39,257 nt of DNA, taken from IMG/VR virus record IMGVR_UViG_3300027653_000031, positions 1 through 39,257 of that record. The stretch is one strand, 5' to 3'. Position numbers and translations under genes: made by a program. The notes below the pieces were generated by a model, which was given only the letters and a program-made list of their open reading frames with translations, searched no databases and was not told the DNA's origin. The DNA comes from a virus. Its lineage: Duplodnaviria; Caudoviricetes. This document shows, piece by piece, positions 24,033-33,191 of this stretch. Within the stretch, counting starts at the first letter, position 1, and every line of letters begins with the position of its first letter.

Positions 24033-24212
24033 TTTAAGGACGGAATCGCGTAAGGTGCGCATATCTTACGCATAGCCCGCGCTCGCGACTCGCAGGCTTA
24101 TCCGCCTTAAACAACGTCCTACGTCGTTGCTCACCGCTTTCCAGTCTGTTAGGATATATAATCCCCACCAACTAGCGCGCATTATTGCTCGGTAGGGCGT
24201 TGATTAAGGCGG
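24033..24212 (-). promoter_or_regulatory. structured RNA leader upstream of the SSB gene
   Basis: nested stems forming a three-way junction, a G-U pair on the minus strand, and a competing 9-nt pairing. Confidence 0.5.
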
Positions 24213-24221
24213 GCGAGGGCA

Positions 24222-25097
24222 CTACGCCGTCGCTTCGTCGTCCTCTTGTTCCGCGTTAATTTCGTCTATTGTTCGCGGATTATCGTGACACCAGCGCACA
24301 TATTCCTCGTATTCTTTCGTCGTCATATCGTTTATATCAGCGAGATATTCGATTAATTCGTCAAACTTTCGTTGTTCTAAGCCGAAACGTTCGCGATTAT
24401 CGGCGAACCAGTCGAATATGTTGTGGTCGGATTTCGATATGTTTAAGTCGGCGCGTAACGGAATCATATTGCCTAACGTAGTGCCTCCATGTCCTGAAGC
24501 AATCGGAATCACATGGTCAAGGTGTATTCCTCCGCCCAAATCCTTATCTCCCGTTAGAGCACACGTACGGCCGAAGCGTTCAAGCAACGCTTGTTTCTGT
24601 TCTTGCGTAAAATCGTACGGTAAATTACATTTACGTGCCCGCCTTAACTGATTGCGTATTCTAAAATATTCGGGATTAGCTTCTCGCCTTAATTTATCGC
24701 GCCTTTTTAAGTAACTCCGATTACGCTCAGACCACTCCCTCCAATTACGCTGCCTTCTTTCTTTATTATTTAAACGATATTCCTTATTATATTCCTGCAA
24801 ACATTCTTGATTTCTTTCTCTCCAGACAGCAGCTCGTTTTAAGTGATTTTTATACCAATCACTGTTCTGCTTATTTATTTCGAACCTCTTCTTTTCGTAC
24901 CTCGATACGCACCTCTTACAGCGAGATTCCCTTCCTGCAAGTCCTTTTTTATTTCTATGGAAATTGTCGATAGGGACTATGTTTTCACATCCTCTACATT
25001 TCTTCGCTATAATCTCTCCTTCGATGTTCTCGTAATACTCCGTTTGCCAATTGTTTTTCGATTGTTTTCGAATCATCTCGCTCGTATCGAAAGTCAT
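24222..25097 (-). CDS. HNH endonuclease with N-terminal CxxC finger and helical repeats
   Basis: CRGC...CKRC; CALTG...HLDHVIP...GNMIPL...N.SK. Confidence 0.85.
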   Translation of the reverse strand: MTFDTSEMIRKQSKNNWQTEYYENIEGEIIAKKCRGCENIVPIDNFHRNKKGLAGRESRCKRCVSRYEKKRFEINKQNSDWYKNHLKRAAVWRERNQECLQEYNKEYRLNNKERRQRNWREWSERNRSYLKRRDKLRREANPEYFRIRNQLRRARKCNLPYDFTQEQKQALLERFGRTCALTGDKDLGGGIHLDHVIPIASGHGGTTLGNMIPLRADLNISKSDHNIFDWFADNRERFGLEQRKFDELIEYLADINDMTTKEYEEYVRWCHDNPRTIDEINAEQEDDEATA

Positions 25098-25606
25098 TCG
25101 CTAATCACCTCAATCGCCCTTTCTTTCGCCTGCCATTCGTCCTGTATACGCTCAATCCTGCGTGCTACTCCGTCAGCATACGCTTGCTTTTCCGCTATCC
25201 TACTTTCGATAAGCCCCCTCGTCTTAGGATTACGCGCCTTCGCCCGGTTGACCGCCATATCGCCGATTTCCTGCAATGCTTCCGCATACTCTAGTTCTAG
25301 CTTGCGGGTAAGTCGCGTGTATTCCCGCTTTAACTTGCGCAACTCTCTTTCAAGCGTCGGCTTTAGAAAGTCGGCGCTTAACGAATCATGTACGGTAATA
25401 ATTGCGTTAGTCATACCGTCGACCACTAGCCTTATATCGTCGGCTTGATAGACAAGTCCGTTCTTGCCGTTGGCTGCTACGTATTTTGCCTTGCGCATTA
25501 AATCGTTGAACCAATTTATCGCGCTTTCGGGCGCTATACCAAAACGTAGCTCGGCTCGCTCGATTGCGTGTTTAGTCGGTTGGTATTTATACGTTAGAGT
25601 ATCCAT
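25094..25606 (-). CDS. hypothetical protein (TxHAxER motif plus coiled coil)
   Basis: GAGGAGG RBS; TKHAIERAELRFGI ... AIITV. Confidence 0.75.
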   Translation of the reverse strand: MDTLTYKYQPTKHAIERAELRFGIAPESAINWFNDLMRKAKYVAANGKNGLVYQADDIRLVVDGMTNAIITVHDSLSADFLKPTLERELRKLKREYTRLTRKLELEYAEALQEIGDMAVNRAKARNPKTRGLIESRIAEKQAYADGVARRIERIQDEWQAKERAIEVISE

Positions 25607-25746
25607 ACTATTGCCTCCTCTAAAGCCTCAAACGAGGTTATCATGTTATTAGCATCGTCGTCATATTTACAACCGTGATATAATTCGTAAGTCTCTTCAA
25701 TAATTTCGGCATTGGCTTTTAATCTTTTGTTGGTTAAATCTGTCAT
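25594..25746 (-). CDS. small hypothetical protein not in the ORF track (50 aa, MTDLTNKRLKAN...)
   Basis: hand-translated; GGAGG RBS; overlaps the next start. Confidence 0.65.
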   Translation of the reverse strand: MTDLTNKRLKANAEIIEETYELYHGCKYDDDANNMITSFEALEEAIVWIL

Positions 25747-25788
25747 TGTATAAAATCCTCCAATCGTGCTATACTACAAATAGGCTTG

Positions 25789-26328
25789 CTAAATAGCCTC
25801 CGCGATATATTCGCGGCAATCAGCTCGGAAACGTTGGATAAATTTACGATGCGATTCGGGATTTCCGCCAATCGATTGCGCCAACAATCTGGAAATCTCC
25901 GAGTTATTATCGATGCCTAACGTCCAACTTCCGACTATTAATTCTTTGCGACGGTCGTCCTGCGCCAACAGGGCGGCCATTTCTTTTGATATTACCTCGC
26001 CTTCGACGTCCGCCAAAACGTCCTCAGGCTCGTACTCTATTTCCTCGCCATCGTCGCCAAGCGTGGTTAGAGTCGTAAATAATTCGGCGTCTTCTTTTTT
26101 GCCTCGGCGACGGTAATCTGACGCCTCTTGCTGGATAATTCGCTCGATGTAATTACGGTGGCTTGTCCGACTTATATCCCCGTTGAGATAGCGTGCTACC
26201 CTATTTATGCAGCGCTCCTCGAACTTGGTTTGGTCGACTACTGCGGTCCTAAGTCCGTCAGCCACTTCGTAAATCCTTTGAATGATCCACTCATTCTCGT
26301 AAACTATTAAACTGTTGTTATTTACCAT
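25789..26328 (-). CDS. putative phage sigma-like transcription factor
   Basis: size and layout of an ECF-like factor (YIERIIQQEASDYRR; EDVLADVEGEVI; C-terminal helix-turn-helix NSEISRLLA...ESHRKFIQRFR); divergent from the repressor. Confidence 0.6.
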   Translation of the reverse strand: MVNNNSLIVYENEWIIQRIYEVADGLRTAVVDQTKFEERCINRVARYLNGDISRTSHRNYIERIIQQEASDYRRRGKKEDAELFTTLTTLGDDGEEIEYEPEDVLADVEGEVISKEMAALLAQDDRRKELIVGSWTLGIDNNSEISRLLAQSIGGNPESHRKFIQRFRADCREYIAEAI

Positions 26329-26340
26329 ATTTCTACCTCC

Positions 26341-26380
26341 CTAATACATATCCCCCATTAAGCTGTTACTTCTGGGACAT
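26341..26380 (-). promoter_or_regulatory. phage-specific promoter-like motif
   Basis: TGTCCCA-N15-TGGGGGATAT directly upstream of the RBS of the sigma-like gene. Confidence 0.7.
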
Positions 26381-26419
26381 GATTTCTAAAAAATATTTTT
26401 GTTTGTCGATTTATGTCTT

Positions 26420-26447
26420 ATTATACTTATTTTAAGTTGTTTGTCAA
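26420..26447 (-). promoter_or_regulatory. sigmaA promoter (lytic direction)
   Basis: TTGACA-16-TATAAT. Confidence 0.7.
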
Positions 26448-26470
26448 CTGATATAATCAGTCTATTTAAG

Positions 26471-26499
26471 TTGACTAAACACCTTAATTTTGATAAGAT
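26471..26499 (+). promoter_or_regulatory. sigmaA promoter for the repressor
   Basis: TTGACT-17-TAAGAT with extended -10 TG. Confidence 0.7.
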
Positions 26500-26518
26500 T
26501 AAATCGGGAGGTGAAAAT

Positions 26519-26755
26519 ATGTCCATATCATACGAGAAACTCCATAAAATCCTAAATAAGAAAGGATACTCAATCGGTTATTTGATAAGTAACGGAATTA
26601 TAGGCGACTTTTCGGGTCGTAAATTAAGAAGGGGCGAGCCTGTCGACTTGAAATATATCGACAACATATGCCAATTCCTACAAGTACCGATAGAGCAGAT
26701 AGTCGAGATCAAGCTTGATGAGCCGAAGCAAGACTCGGACATTCAAGCAGACTAA
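26519..26755 (+). CDS. Cro/CI-type HTH transcriptional regulator (putative repressor)
   Basis: MSISYEKL..IL...V.L..ID.IC..L.V.IE.IVEI; GGGAGGTG RBS before ATG 26519. Confidence 0.85.
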   Translation: MSISYEKLHKILNKKGYSIGYLISNGIIGDFSGRKLRRGEPVDLKYIDNICQFLQVPIEQIVEIKLDEPKQDSDIQAD

Positions 26756-27701
26756 TTCGCTTAGCGTTATCAAACACGCTATTTAATCTTTGGATGCCGT
26801 CGGGGCTAAGTAAAGCCTCGTTGGCATCTTTTTTATTGCCGTAATCAATCAGGTAAAGATCGACATAGCCTCGCAAAGCCTCGTAAGCCTGCCGATTAAG
26901 CCTGCGTCCCGCCTCGTCATTATCGCCCGCTAAATAAATCGTCTTAATCGGGCTGCGCTTTATCATCTCTACTTGCTCGCGACTTATGCGAGCGCCATTT
27001 ACGGCTAGCGCGGGATAGCCCAGCGTCTCCCAGCTTAAAGCGTCGATAAAGCCCTCGTTTAGGATTGCGTAATCCTCTGTTAAGTGTATGCCGTATAGTA
27101 GTTGGTTTTTAGGCAAGCCTTCGCGGTGGTAAAAGAATCGCTTATCATTAAAGCTACTGCGCCGATAAAATACGCTCGCCAGCTTGCCCTCGGCGGTAAA
27201 TATCGGAAATGCCGTAAATCCCTTATATTGCCTATCGTAGCCTATGCCGTAAAGTTCCTGGACCTGTGCGCTAATGCCTCGCCTAACTAAGTATGGGCTA
27301 ACCGCTTGCTTGACGGGATTTGCCAGCGCCTTAAATCGCTCATTTAAGCGCAGGGCAGGCTTTTTAAGCCGTATAGGCTCGTCGGGCTTATGCGCCTGTC
27401 CTATGTCGTATTTGTCGATTAAATAGCGCTCAGCGTCCTCGATCGGTATGTCGTCAAGCAAGGCGATAAGCTTTGCGAAATTACCGCTTGCCATATCGTC
27501 ACTTATTGCGCCGCTGTCCGCCCAAGTGCCCGCGTACTCGCCCGCAAGGTTAACGAAAAAGCTCGGACGGCTTTCGTCGCGGAACGGGCTGTTAGCGATT
27601 AATTTATCGGGTTGCCAGCGGGCGTTGTCGAATTGGTATGCGGAAAGCTCCTCCTCGATGTCGACTAGTAGTTCTTGACCGCGGATTTTAATTGCTTGCA
27701 T
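26709..27701 (-). CDS. DNA primase (TOPRIM)
   Basis: SPFRDESRPSF, YLVRRGI, LNEGFIDALS, LAGDNDEAG, KDANE; ATG 27701. Confidence 0.92.
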   Translation of the reverse strand: MQAIKIRGQELLVDIEEELSAYQFDNARWQPDKLIANSPFRDESRPSFFVNLAGEYAGTWADSGAISDDMASGNFAKLIALLDDIPIEDAERYLIDKYDIGQAHKPDEPIRLKKPALRLNERFKALANPVKQAVSPYLVRRGISAQVQELYGIGYDRQYKGFTAFPIFTAEGKLASVFYRRSSFNDKRFFYHREGLPKNQLLYGIHLTEDYAILNEGFIDALSWETLGYPALAVNGARISREQVEMIKRSPIKTIYLAGDNDEAGRRLNRQAYEALRGYVDLYLIDYGNKKDANEALLSPDGIQRLNSVFDNAKRISLLECPSLASAHQA

Positions 27702-28041
27702 TGTCCAACAGCTCCGGATTTTCGTAAATGTTCCCAACTACTTCAAAATCAAGTCCGGACTCTTGAAACATCATAAAGTATCCGTCCAATGACTCTATAC
27801 CAATCTCAAAATAACGTTCTGTAACAATCCAGTACTCATTCGGTCGATACTCAACTATGTCACCTTCATAAACATAATTTCCATTTAAATCAAAAGCCCA
27901 TAAATGTTGCATTACTATAAAATTCTCTTTATTTTCCCACTCTCCGTTACTAATTTTGATTACATTTTCACCCACGAAATCTAAATCTACCATTTCTTTA
28001 TTTTCTTTATCCCATGCTCTAAACTTAATTTCTCTCATCAA
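27688..28041 (-). CDS. YopX family protein
   Basis: MREIKFRAWDK, D.NG..VYEGDIV, EVVGNIYENPELL. Confidence 0.92.
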   Translation of the reverse strand: MMREIKFRAWDKENKEMVDLDFVGENVIKISNGEWENKENFIVMQHLWAFDLNGNYVYEGDIVEYRPNEYWIVTERYFEIGIESLDGYFMMFQESGLDFEVVGNIYENPELLDNASN

Positions 28042-29372
28042 AAATCAAACCCTTCCAAGGCTTCCTCGCCCGTTTCTAATTCTTTTATGATTCCGTATTG
28101 CGGTAAATAAAGCACGTTAGACACGTCGCCCTCTCCGCCGTCGCGCCCCTTCATATTTCCGACAATAGCAAGTCCTTGCTTATAATCGGAATCAATGCCG
28201 ATAAGCACCGCCGCATCCTCAAGCAATGCCTTAGTTTTTTTAACGTCCTCTCGTTCGGGCAATCGTAATTCCCTCGTCCCCTCGTCCGATGTCCCCGACT
28301 TTTTGACGTCAGATTGCGTAATAGCTACGGTAACAACGCCAAGCCTGCCCGTCATCAGCCGTAACTTATTTGACGTATTAGCGGCGTCTCCGCCCGTTGT
28401 TCGGCTCGTATTGCGCTCATACTCAAGGTAATAAAACGGGTCAATCACGACAAAATCTATATCGTGTTGTTTAATATCCGCCTCCAACGTTCGTAAGCTT
28501 TTACGCTCAGCGTCCTCGTCATCTACGGCTCTTACGATAATATTGCCCGCGATATACTTGTCGATATTACGGACAAAATCTCGGAAAGCCTGCTCGAACC
28601 CGTCGCCTAGCTTACCTATTCGTAGGCTATTAGCGTCAAAGCCTGCGTCCATGTCGACGCCCTCATAGGTAATCCGCGTAACGCCTTGGTCGCCGGAAAT
28701 GCTCGTATATATCCGCACCATTACCTCGAACCAGCCCATCTCCTCTGCATAAATAAGGACGTTGGCGCCTTGCTGGGCGGCGTAGATGGCGTCCTCTAGC
28801 GTTAGTACGGACTTGCCTCGACCGCTCTCGCCGTACACCGTATATAAATTACCGCTTATATAGTTGCCCACGGCGCTATACTTCGATTTCCAAACTTTAA
28901 AAGACTTGCCGAGCTTGCGTCGCTCGTATTCGTCGAGAAACTTATCAATGTCTTTTTTGACGTCTGTTCCCGTTTTATTACGAACGCTTGTTCTCATTTT
29001 AATATCGTCGACAAAATTTGTCAACCAGTTATTAAACTCCGTTGCCGGCATTTCGTTAAGCCTGCGCTCAAACTCACCCGAATTATGGACGTCAATAATC
29101 GCCTGCTTTGCGGAGTAGTCTTTTATTTGCCGGGCTAGATATTCGTAAGAGTCGCTAACGTCCGGAATATATTCGTAGCCCTCAATCTCGGCGGCTACCG
29201 TCGCATAGCTCGGCGCTTGTCCGTTATTTTGTTCGGCATATTGCTCGATAAAACGGTATATACGCCGATCATTATCGGTATGCATATCTTGAAAATCGAT
29301 ATTGTAGCGAGCTAATGCGCTGGCGTCTCCGCTGTCTATTACCTTGTTTAAAAAGAGCTTAGCGTAATGCAT
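28038..29372 (-). CDS. replicative DnaB-like helicase
   Basis: Walker A GESGRGKS, EEMG, VVIDPFY, AITQS, KGRDG. Confidence 0.9.
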   Translation of the reverse strand: MHYAKLFLNKVIDSGDASALARYNIDFQDMHTDNDRRIYRFIEQYAEQNNGQAPSYATVAAEIEGYEYIPDVSDSYEYLARQIKDYSAKQAIIDVHNSGEFERRLNEMPATEFNNWLTNFVDDIKMRTSVRNKTGTDVKKDIDKFLDEYERRKLGKSFKVWKSKYSAVGNYISGNLYTVYGESGRGKSVLTLEDAIYAAQQGANVLIYAEEMGWFEVMVRIYTSISGDQGVTRITYEGVDMDAGFDANSLRIGKLGDGFEQAFRDFVRNIDKYIAGNIIVRAVDDEDAERKSLRTLEADIKQHDIDFVVIDPFYYLEYERNTSRTTGGDAANTSNKLRLMTGRLGVVTVAITQSDVKKSGTSDEGTRELRLPEREDVKKTKALLEDAAVLIGIDSDYKQGLAIVGNMKGRDGGEGDVSNVLYLPQYGIIKELETGEEALEGFDF

Positions 29373-29784
29373 TATCGTCCACCATCCCGCCTAATTGCCT
29401 TTTAATCTCGCCCATACGCTTGATAATATCGCGGCCCTTGCCGCTATCCTTGCCGTAAACTTGTAGCATTGTCTGGCAGGAACGGAGTTCGTCGAGTAAG
29501 TCGTCAACTATGTCGGCTGTTATAAGGTCATGGTCCGGATGTTTAGATGATTTGCCCGGATTAGCGCTCTCTATTACGGTAATATCCTCTAGCTCGGCGT
29601 AATAATTGCGCTTATCTCGTAAATCTAGCGCCTCTATCTCGGCAACCTCATACTCCATCTCTAAGTCGATATAATGCGTACGTGTTATCGAGATTATTTC
29701 AAATCGTCGCTTGCCATATCCGTCGATATGTACGATGTCGCCTACGTTAATATTGTCGTTATTGTCCCTATTTAAAGTCGCCAT
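29359..29784 (-). CDS. hypothetical protein (SH3-like N-terminus, helical C-terminus)
   Basis: INVGDIVHIDGY...F.I; VDDLLDEL. Confidence 0.7.
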   Translation of the reverse strand: MATLNRDNNDNINVGDIVHIDGYGKRRFEIISITRTHYIDLEMEYEVAEIEALDLRDKRNYYAELEDITVIESANPGKSSKHPDHDLITADIVDDLLDELRSCQTMLQVYGKDSGKGRDIIKRMGEIKRQLGGMVDDNALR

Positions 29785-29785
29785 A

Positions 29786-30514
29786 TTATCTCATCCCCCT
29801 TTTGCTCTCGCCCTCAAACGGTATGACCGCGCACATATCGCGCATACGGTCGTATAGCCTGTCGTCAAATACCTGCGCCATATCCTCGATAGGTAAATTC
29901 GAGGTAAACACGGTAGGCAATCCGTTAGTTGTCCGATAGTTTATAATCGCATGCAAATACGATCTAAAAGCCTCTGTCGCGTCCCTTACGCCTACATCGT
30001 CTAGAACAGCAAAATCAACGCTTTGTAGACGTTTTATGTCCGCCCCAATCCTTTTAATTGCGTCCTCATCACTCGTCATTGTAGCGATGTTATATTGCGT
30101 TTGCCACTCGTTTACGTCGAGGAAGAGGGCGGGCGTCTGCTGCGGTTGCTTGCCCGCTTTTAGCGCCGCTAGATAATCATGCGCTATATATTCGGCAAGC
30201 AAGGCGCTCGCTGTCGTTGTCTTGCCGGTGCCCGGCGACTCGCCCCAAAGGTATAACGACTTGGCTCGCTCGCCGCCCGCTAAATGACGTTTAAATGTCG
30301 TTAGGTATTGCTCTAGCAAGCGGTAAGCCTTCGCCTGTCCCTCGCGTGCTGGCGAGTTGGCAAGCGTTATGCCTCGGTAATCTGCGGGCAGGCCGGCGTT
30401 GCCTAGCCGTCCCGAATTGCCGTCCAAGCCTTCGAGTGCTATTCGGTGGGCGCATAGGTTATCGCATTTAGCGCAGCGATCCTTTCGATAGTTTCGTAGT
30501 ATGCAAGATGTCAA
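29786..30514 (-). CDS. DnaC/IstB-like helicase loader ATPase
   Basis: N-terminal Cys cluster; GESPGTGKT, AVLDDVG, TVFTSN, RLYDRM, GESKR. Confidence 0.9.
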   Translation of the reverse strand: MTSCILRNYRKDRCAKCDNLCAHRIALEGLDGNSGRLGNAGLPADYRGITLANSPAREGQAKAYRLLEQYLTTFKRHLAGGERAKSLYLWGESPGTGKTTTASALLAEYIAHDYLAALKAGKQPQQTPALFLDVNEWQTQYNIATMTSDEDAIKRIGADIKRLQSVDFAVLDDVGVRDATEAFRSYLHAIINYRTTNGLPTVFTSNLPIEDMAQVFDDRLYDRMRDMCAVIPFEGESKRGMR

Positions 30515-30874
30515 TTAATTGCCCTCCTTAATTTCCTCGTACATCACATCCATCACCTCTTGCGTGGGCTTTTCATCGCCGTTGAATCCGTAATATACGA
30601 ACGGAATACCCTCGCTATTGTAGCCTTGCCTCATTTTATAATCTCGGCTTTCAGCGGGAATTTTGAATGTATCGACTATCTCCTTTACGCAATGCTCGCA
30701 CAAGTCGAAACGGACTCCGCTGAAATCATATAAGACGCTCCCGTACGCGTACACTAAGTCAAACTCGCGGTAAGGCTCGGCAACCCATCCGTTATCATCT
30801 TCTGAAACATCTGCGGCCGTTCCACATTTATTACACGTAATCTCTACGAGTTTATCCCCGTCATGTTTCCGCAT
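30515..30874 (-). CDS. hypothetical zinc-binding protein
   Basis: CNKC ... DLCEHC. Confidence 0.7.
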   Translation of the reverse strand: MRKHDGDKLVEITCNKCGTAADVSEDDNGWVAEPYREFDLVYAYGSVLYDFSGVRFDLCEHCVKEIVDTFKIPAESRDYKMRQGYNSEGIPFVYYGFNGDEKPTQEVMDVMYEEIKEGN

Positions 30875-30875
30875 A

Positions 30876-31160
30876 TTAATCGTTAACTCCTTTTATATCT
30901 AAATTCTCTATTAATCTATCGATTTCTTCGATTTTATTATCGACATATGGCGCTAAGCTCTCCCTAACATAGTCTTGAATATATTCGCCCGGGAACACTA
31001 TCTGCCCCATATTACACTCGTAAACTCCGAGAGAGTTACCGTACGTTATTACGTTATCGAGCGCCTGCCTTAGTTTAATTAAGTTTTGTCTTAAATCTAG
31101 TATCATATTTAATGTTTTTATAGATTGCTCTATTTCATCAATTTTTTCGTCAATACTCAT
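30876..31160 (-). CDS. hypothetical protein
   Basis: ATG 31160 after AAGGAGG RBS. Confidence 0.65.
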   Translation of the reverse strand: MSIDEKIDEIEQSIKTLNMILDLRQNLIKLRQALDNVITYGNSLGVYECNMGQIVFPGEYIQDYVRESLAPYVDNKIEEIDRLIENLDIKGVND

Positions 31161-31183
31161 TCTTCGCCCTCCTTTTTTTTGTG

Positions 31184-31369
31184 TTATCCCCATAAGTTTT
31201 TCCGAAGAACGCTCTCGTAACGAACGTTATACCCGTGTTCAATCGCGTCCATTAGCTTTTCTTTTGGGATGTCCATTAAAATTGCTTCAAGTTTTCTTGC
31301 TTGCTTTCTAGTCAAGGCAACTTTTTCTCTTTTTCTTCTTAAATATGTTTCGTAATCATTGCCGATCAT
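31184..31369 (-). CDS. hypothetical protein
   Basis: ATGA-coupled 61-aa ORF. Confidence 0.6.
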   Translation of the reverse strand: MIGNDYETYLRRKREKVALTRKQARKLEAILMDIPKEKLMDAIEHGYNVRYESVLRKNLWG

Positions 31370-31725
31370 TCCGATTCACCCTCCAATGCTTTACGTGCTT
31401 TTTCTCCATAATCGATAACTATTTCTGATTCTGGAACACCTAACCCAATTTTGTATTCTTTTTCATCAAAGAAGTAGTTTTCTTCGTTTGCATAAAACTC
31501 TAGCGCTTCACGATAGCGTTTGTTTTGTTGCTCTATAACCCATGCTATTTTCGCTGTTTTTTCAATCAAATCACCTAGTGCTTTTTTATTTTCTTTCAAC
31601 TCCCACACTCGTTCAGCTTGTTCTTTTAACTGTTCGTAATCACTTTTTTGTATAGTTACAACATCCACCTCATGACCCGTGTGAAAACTCTCTGCGATAA
31701 TTCTCTCATCGATATTTTTAATCAT
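31366..31725 (-). CDS. hypothetical coiled-coil phage protein
   Basis: RYREALEFYANEENY...ARKALE; shares modules with the adjacent ORF. Confidence 0.75.
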   Translation of the reverse strand: MIKNIDERIIAESFHTGHEVDVVTIQKSDYEQLKEQAERVWELKENKKALGDLIEKTAKIAWVIEQQNKRYREALEFYANEENYFFDEKEYKIGLGVPESEIVIDYGEKARKALEGESE

Positions 31726-32090
31726 TTCGATTCCTCCAATGCTTTAGTTAATATTTTTTCTATTCCCGCGGGATTTGTTAGTATTTTAGGGTTATTTGCG
31801 TATTCTCTAGCTTCTTCGATAACTTCACGATAGCGATTGTTTTGTTGTTCTAATTTCGGTATTTCGTACCAAACTTTAATGTTGGTATCGAATTTACCCT
31901 GCTCGTATGCCTCGTGATATTTCATTTGCCTGATTCGCTTATTTTCTTTTTCCAACTCCTGAACTCGTTCAGCTTGTGCGATTAGCCAATAAATATCGTT
32001 TACGCTAATAAGATGTCCGCCCATTCCGTAACCTAATGGATCAAGGTTCTTTTTTATCTCTTCCAACCGTTCTTTACTCACGTCGCTCAC
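31722..32090 (-). CDS. hypothetical coiled-coil phage protein
   Basis: ERLEEIK, WLIAQAERVQELE, EQQNNRYRE. Confidence 0.75.
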   Translation of the reverse strand: MSDVSKERLEEIKKNLDPLGYGMGGHLISVNDIYWLIAQAERVQELEKENKRIRQMKYHEAYEQGKFDTNIKVWYEIPKLEQQNNRYREVIEEAREYANNPKILTNPAGIEKILTKALEESK

Positions 32091-32099
32091 TCCTTTTAT

Positions 32100-32525
32100 T
32101 TATAACCAATCGCTCAATCTGTCGTAATCCTCCGCAGTCATTTCCGCCTGCTTGCCACGTTCCTCCCGCCTTACTTGCGCCGCCTCTTCCGCCTCCAGCC
32201 TCTGCAAGATATTACGTCGATAAGAGTATAAAAAGCCGAAGTTAGTGCCGGGATATTGCGGCGTAGGCTTATACGACTTAAAGCCCTCGTCGATAAATCG
32301 CTTAATCATCGCCTTATCATGCGTGCCTGCCCGCGTCTGAGTGCCGATAAGCCTACCGATCATGCCTTGCTCAGTCGCCCACCTGCCGCCAAACGGTACG
32401 TACTCGCATCCGAATAGCTCGCGGTGCTTGTCCCGTAAATATTCCGTGAATGTCGTCGTGTTCCAATCCTCGATATTTCTCGCCTGCCAGTCGTTTGCTG
32501 GCGGTAGTTTTTTAGTCATTTGCAT
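32100..32525 (-). CDS. hypothetical replication-associated protein
   Basis: 141-aa ORF with GGAGG RBS between the origin and the helicase loader. Confidence 0.65.
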   Translation of the reverse strand: MQMTKKLPPANDWQARNIEDWNTTTFTEYLRDKHRELFGCEYVPFGGRWATEQGMIGRLIGTQTRAGTHDKAMIKRFIDEGFKSYKPTPQYPGTNFGFLYSYRRNILQRLEAEEAAQVRREERGKQAEMTAEDYDRLSDWL

Positions 32526-32886
32526 CGTCCTCCACTAATTTATGAATATTGCGAAATCTGACCGCCTCGTAGCTCGAATTCCAGCCGTGGTCAAGATCTA
32601 CTACATCTACTTCGAAGCCTGCCTCGCGGTATTTGCGCAAGACTTCCCGCTTTATTTTCCCTCGGCTTTCCTCCGACAAGTCCTCGTTATGCCACGTGTC
32701 GTAGAAGTGAGACTCATGATGTCGGTGGGTAATATTGTTTGTTTCGCCCGTGCTTACGTAAAAAGTCGTCTTACCTGCGAGCGCATTTTCCTTTATTTTT
32801 CGGTCGAGCACCTCCTCTATTTTCGCTATACGCTTTCGACGTGTATCTGCGTCTAACCAATCGCGTAATTGTTCTTTTGTTACCAT
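32512..32886 (-). CDS. hypothetical protein
   Basis: 124-aa ORF with GGGGAG RBS. Confidence 0.7.
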   Translation of the reverse strand: MVTKEQLRDWLDADTRRKRIAKIEEVLDRKIKENALAGKTTFYVSTGETNNITHRHHESHFYDTWHNEDLSEESRGKIKREVLRKYREAGFEVDVVDLDHGWNSSYEAVRFRNIHKLVEDDAND

Positions 32887-32888
32887 CT

Positions 32889-33095
32889 TTAATTTACTCC
32901 CCTTTCGTCATAATATCGCTGTACCGCGCGCTGGCTTGGCGTTAGCCCTTGCGCTTCGCCGGCCTTTTTACGCTTATTCTTCGCCATGCCCTCGCTTATT
33001 TCGACGAGGGCGGCTCCGATAATTATTACGGCTATAAATCCGATAATAAACGTTGTCATCGACATCATAGGTTTAATACTTGCGTAATCGATCAT
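32889..33095 (-). CDS. small membrane protein
   Basis: one hydrophobic helix plus basic tail; AAGGAGG RBS. Confidence 0.7.
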   Translation of the reverse strand: MIDYASIKPMMSMTTFIIGFIAVIIIGAALVEISEGMAKNKRKKAGEAQGLTPSQRAVQRYYDERGVN

Positions 33096-33191
33096 TCGTT
33101 ATCCTCCTTGTAAAATGCGTTTTAAAGCGTGTTTTAAGCTCGTCCGATAGATACGTCTAGTTATCGTCTAAAGCTCGCTTAAATACGTTAT

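Noticed and set aside
24009-25097. Group I intron harbouring the HNH ORF (GCAACGAC and AAGATAT resemble R/S elements)
   Set aside because: No P7 pairing could be built and the flanking genes are complete with their own stop and RBS; an Infernal search would settle it
26399-26518. Hydrophobic N-terminal extension on the repressor
   Set aside because: Runs through the promoter region; the real start is ATG 26519 after GGGAGGTG
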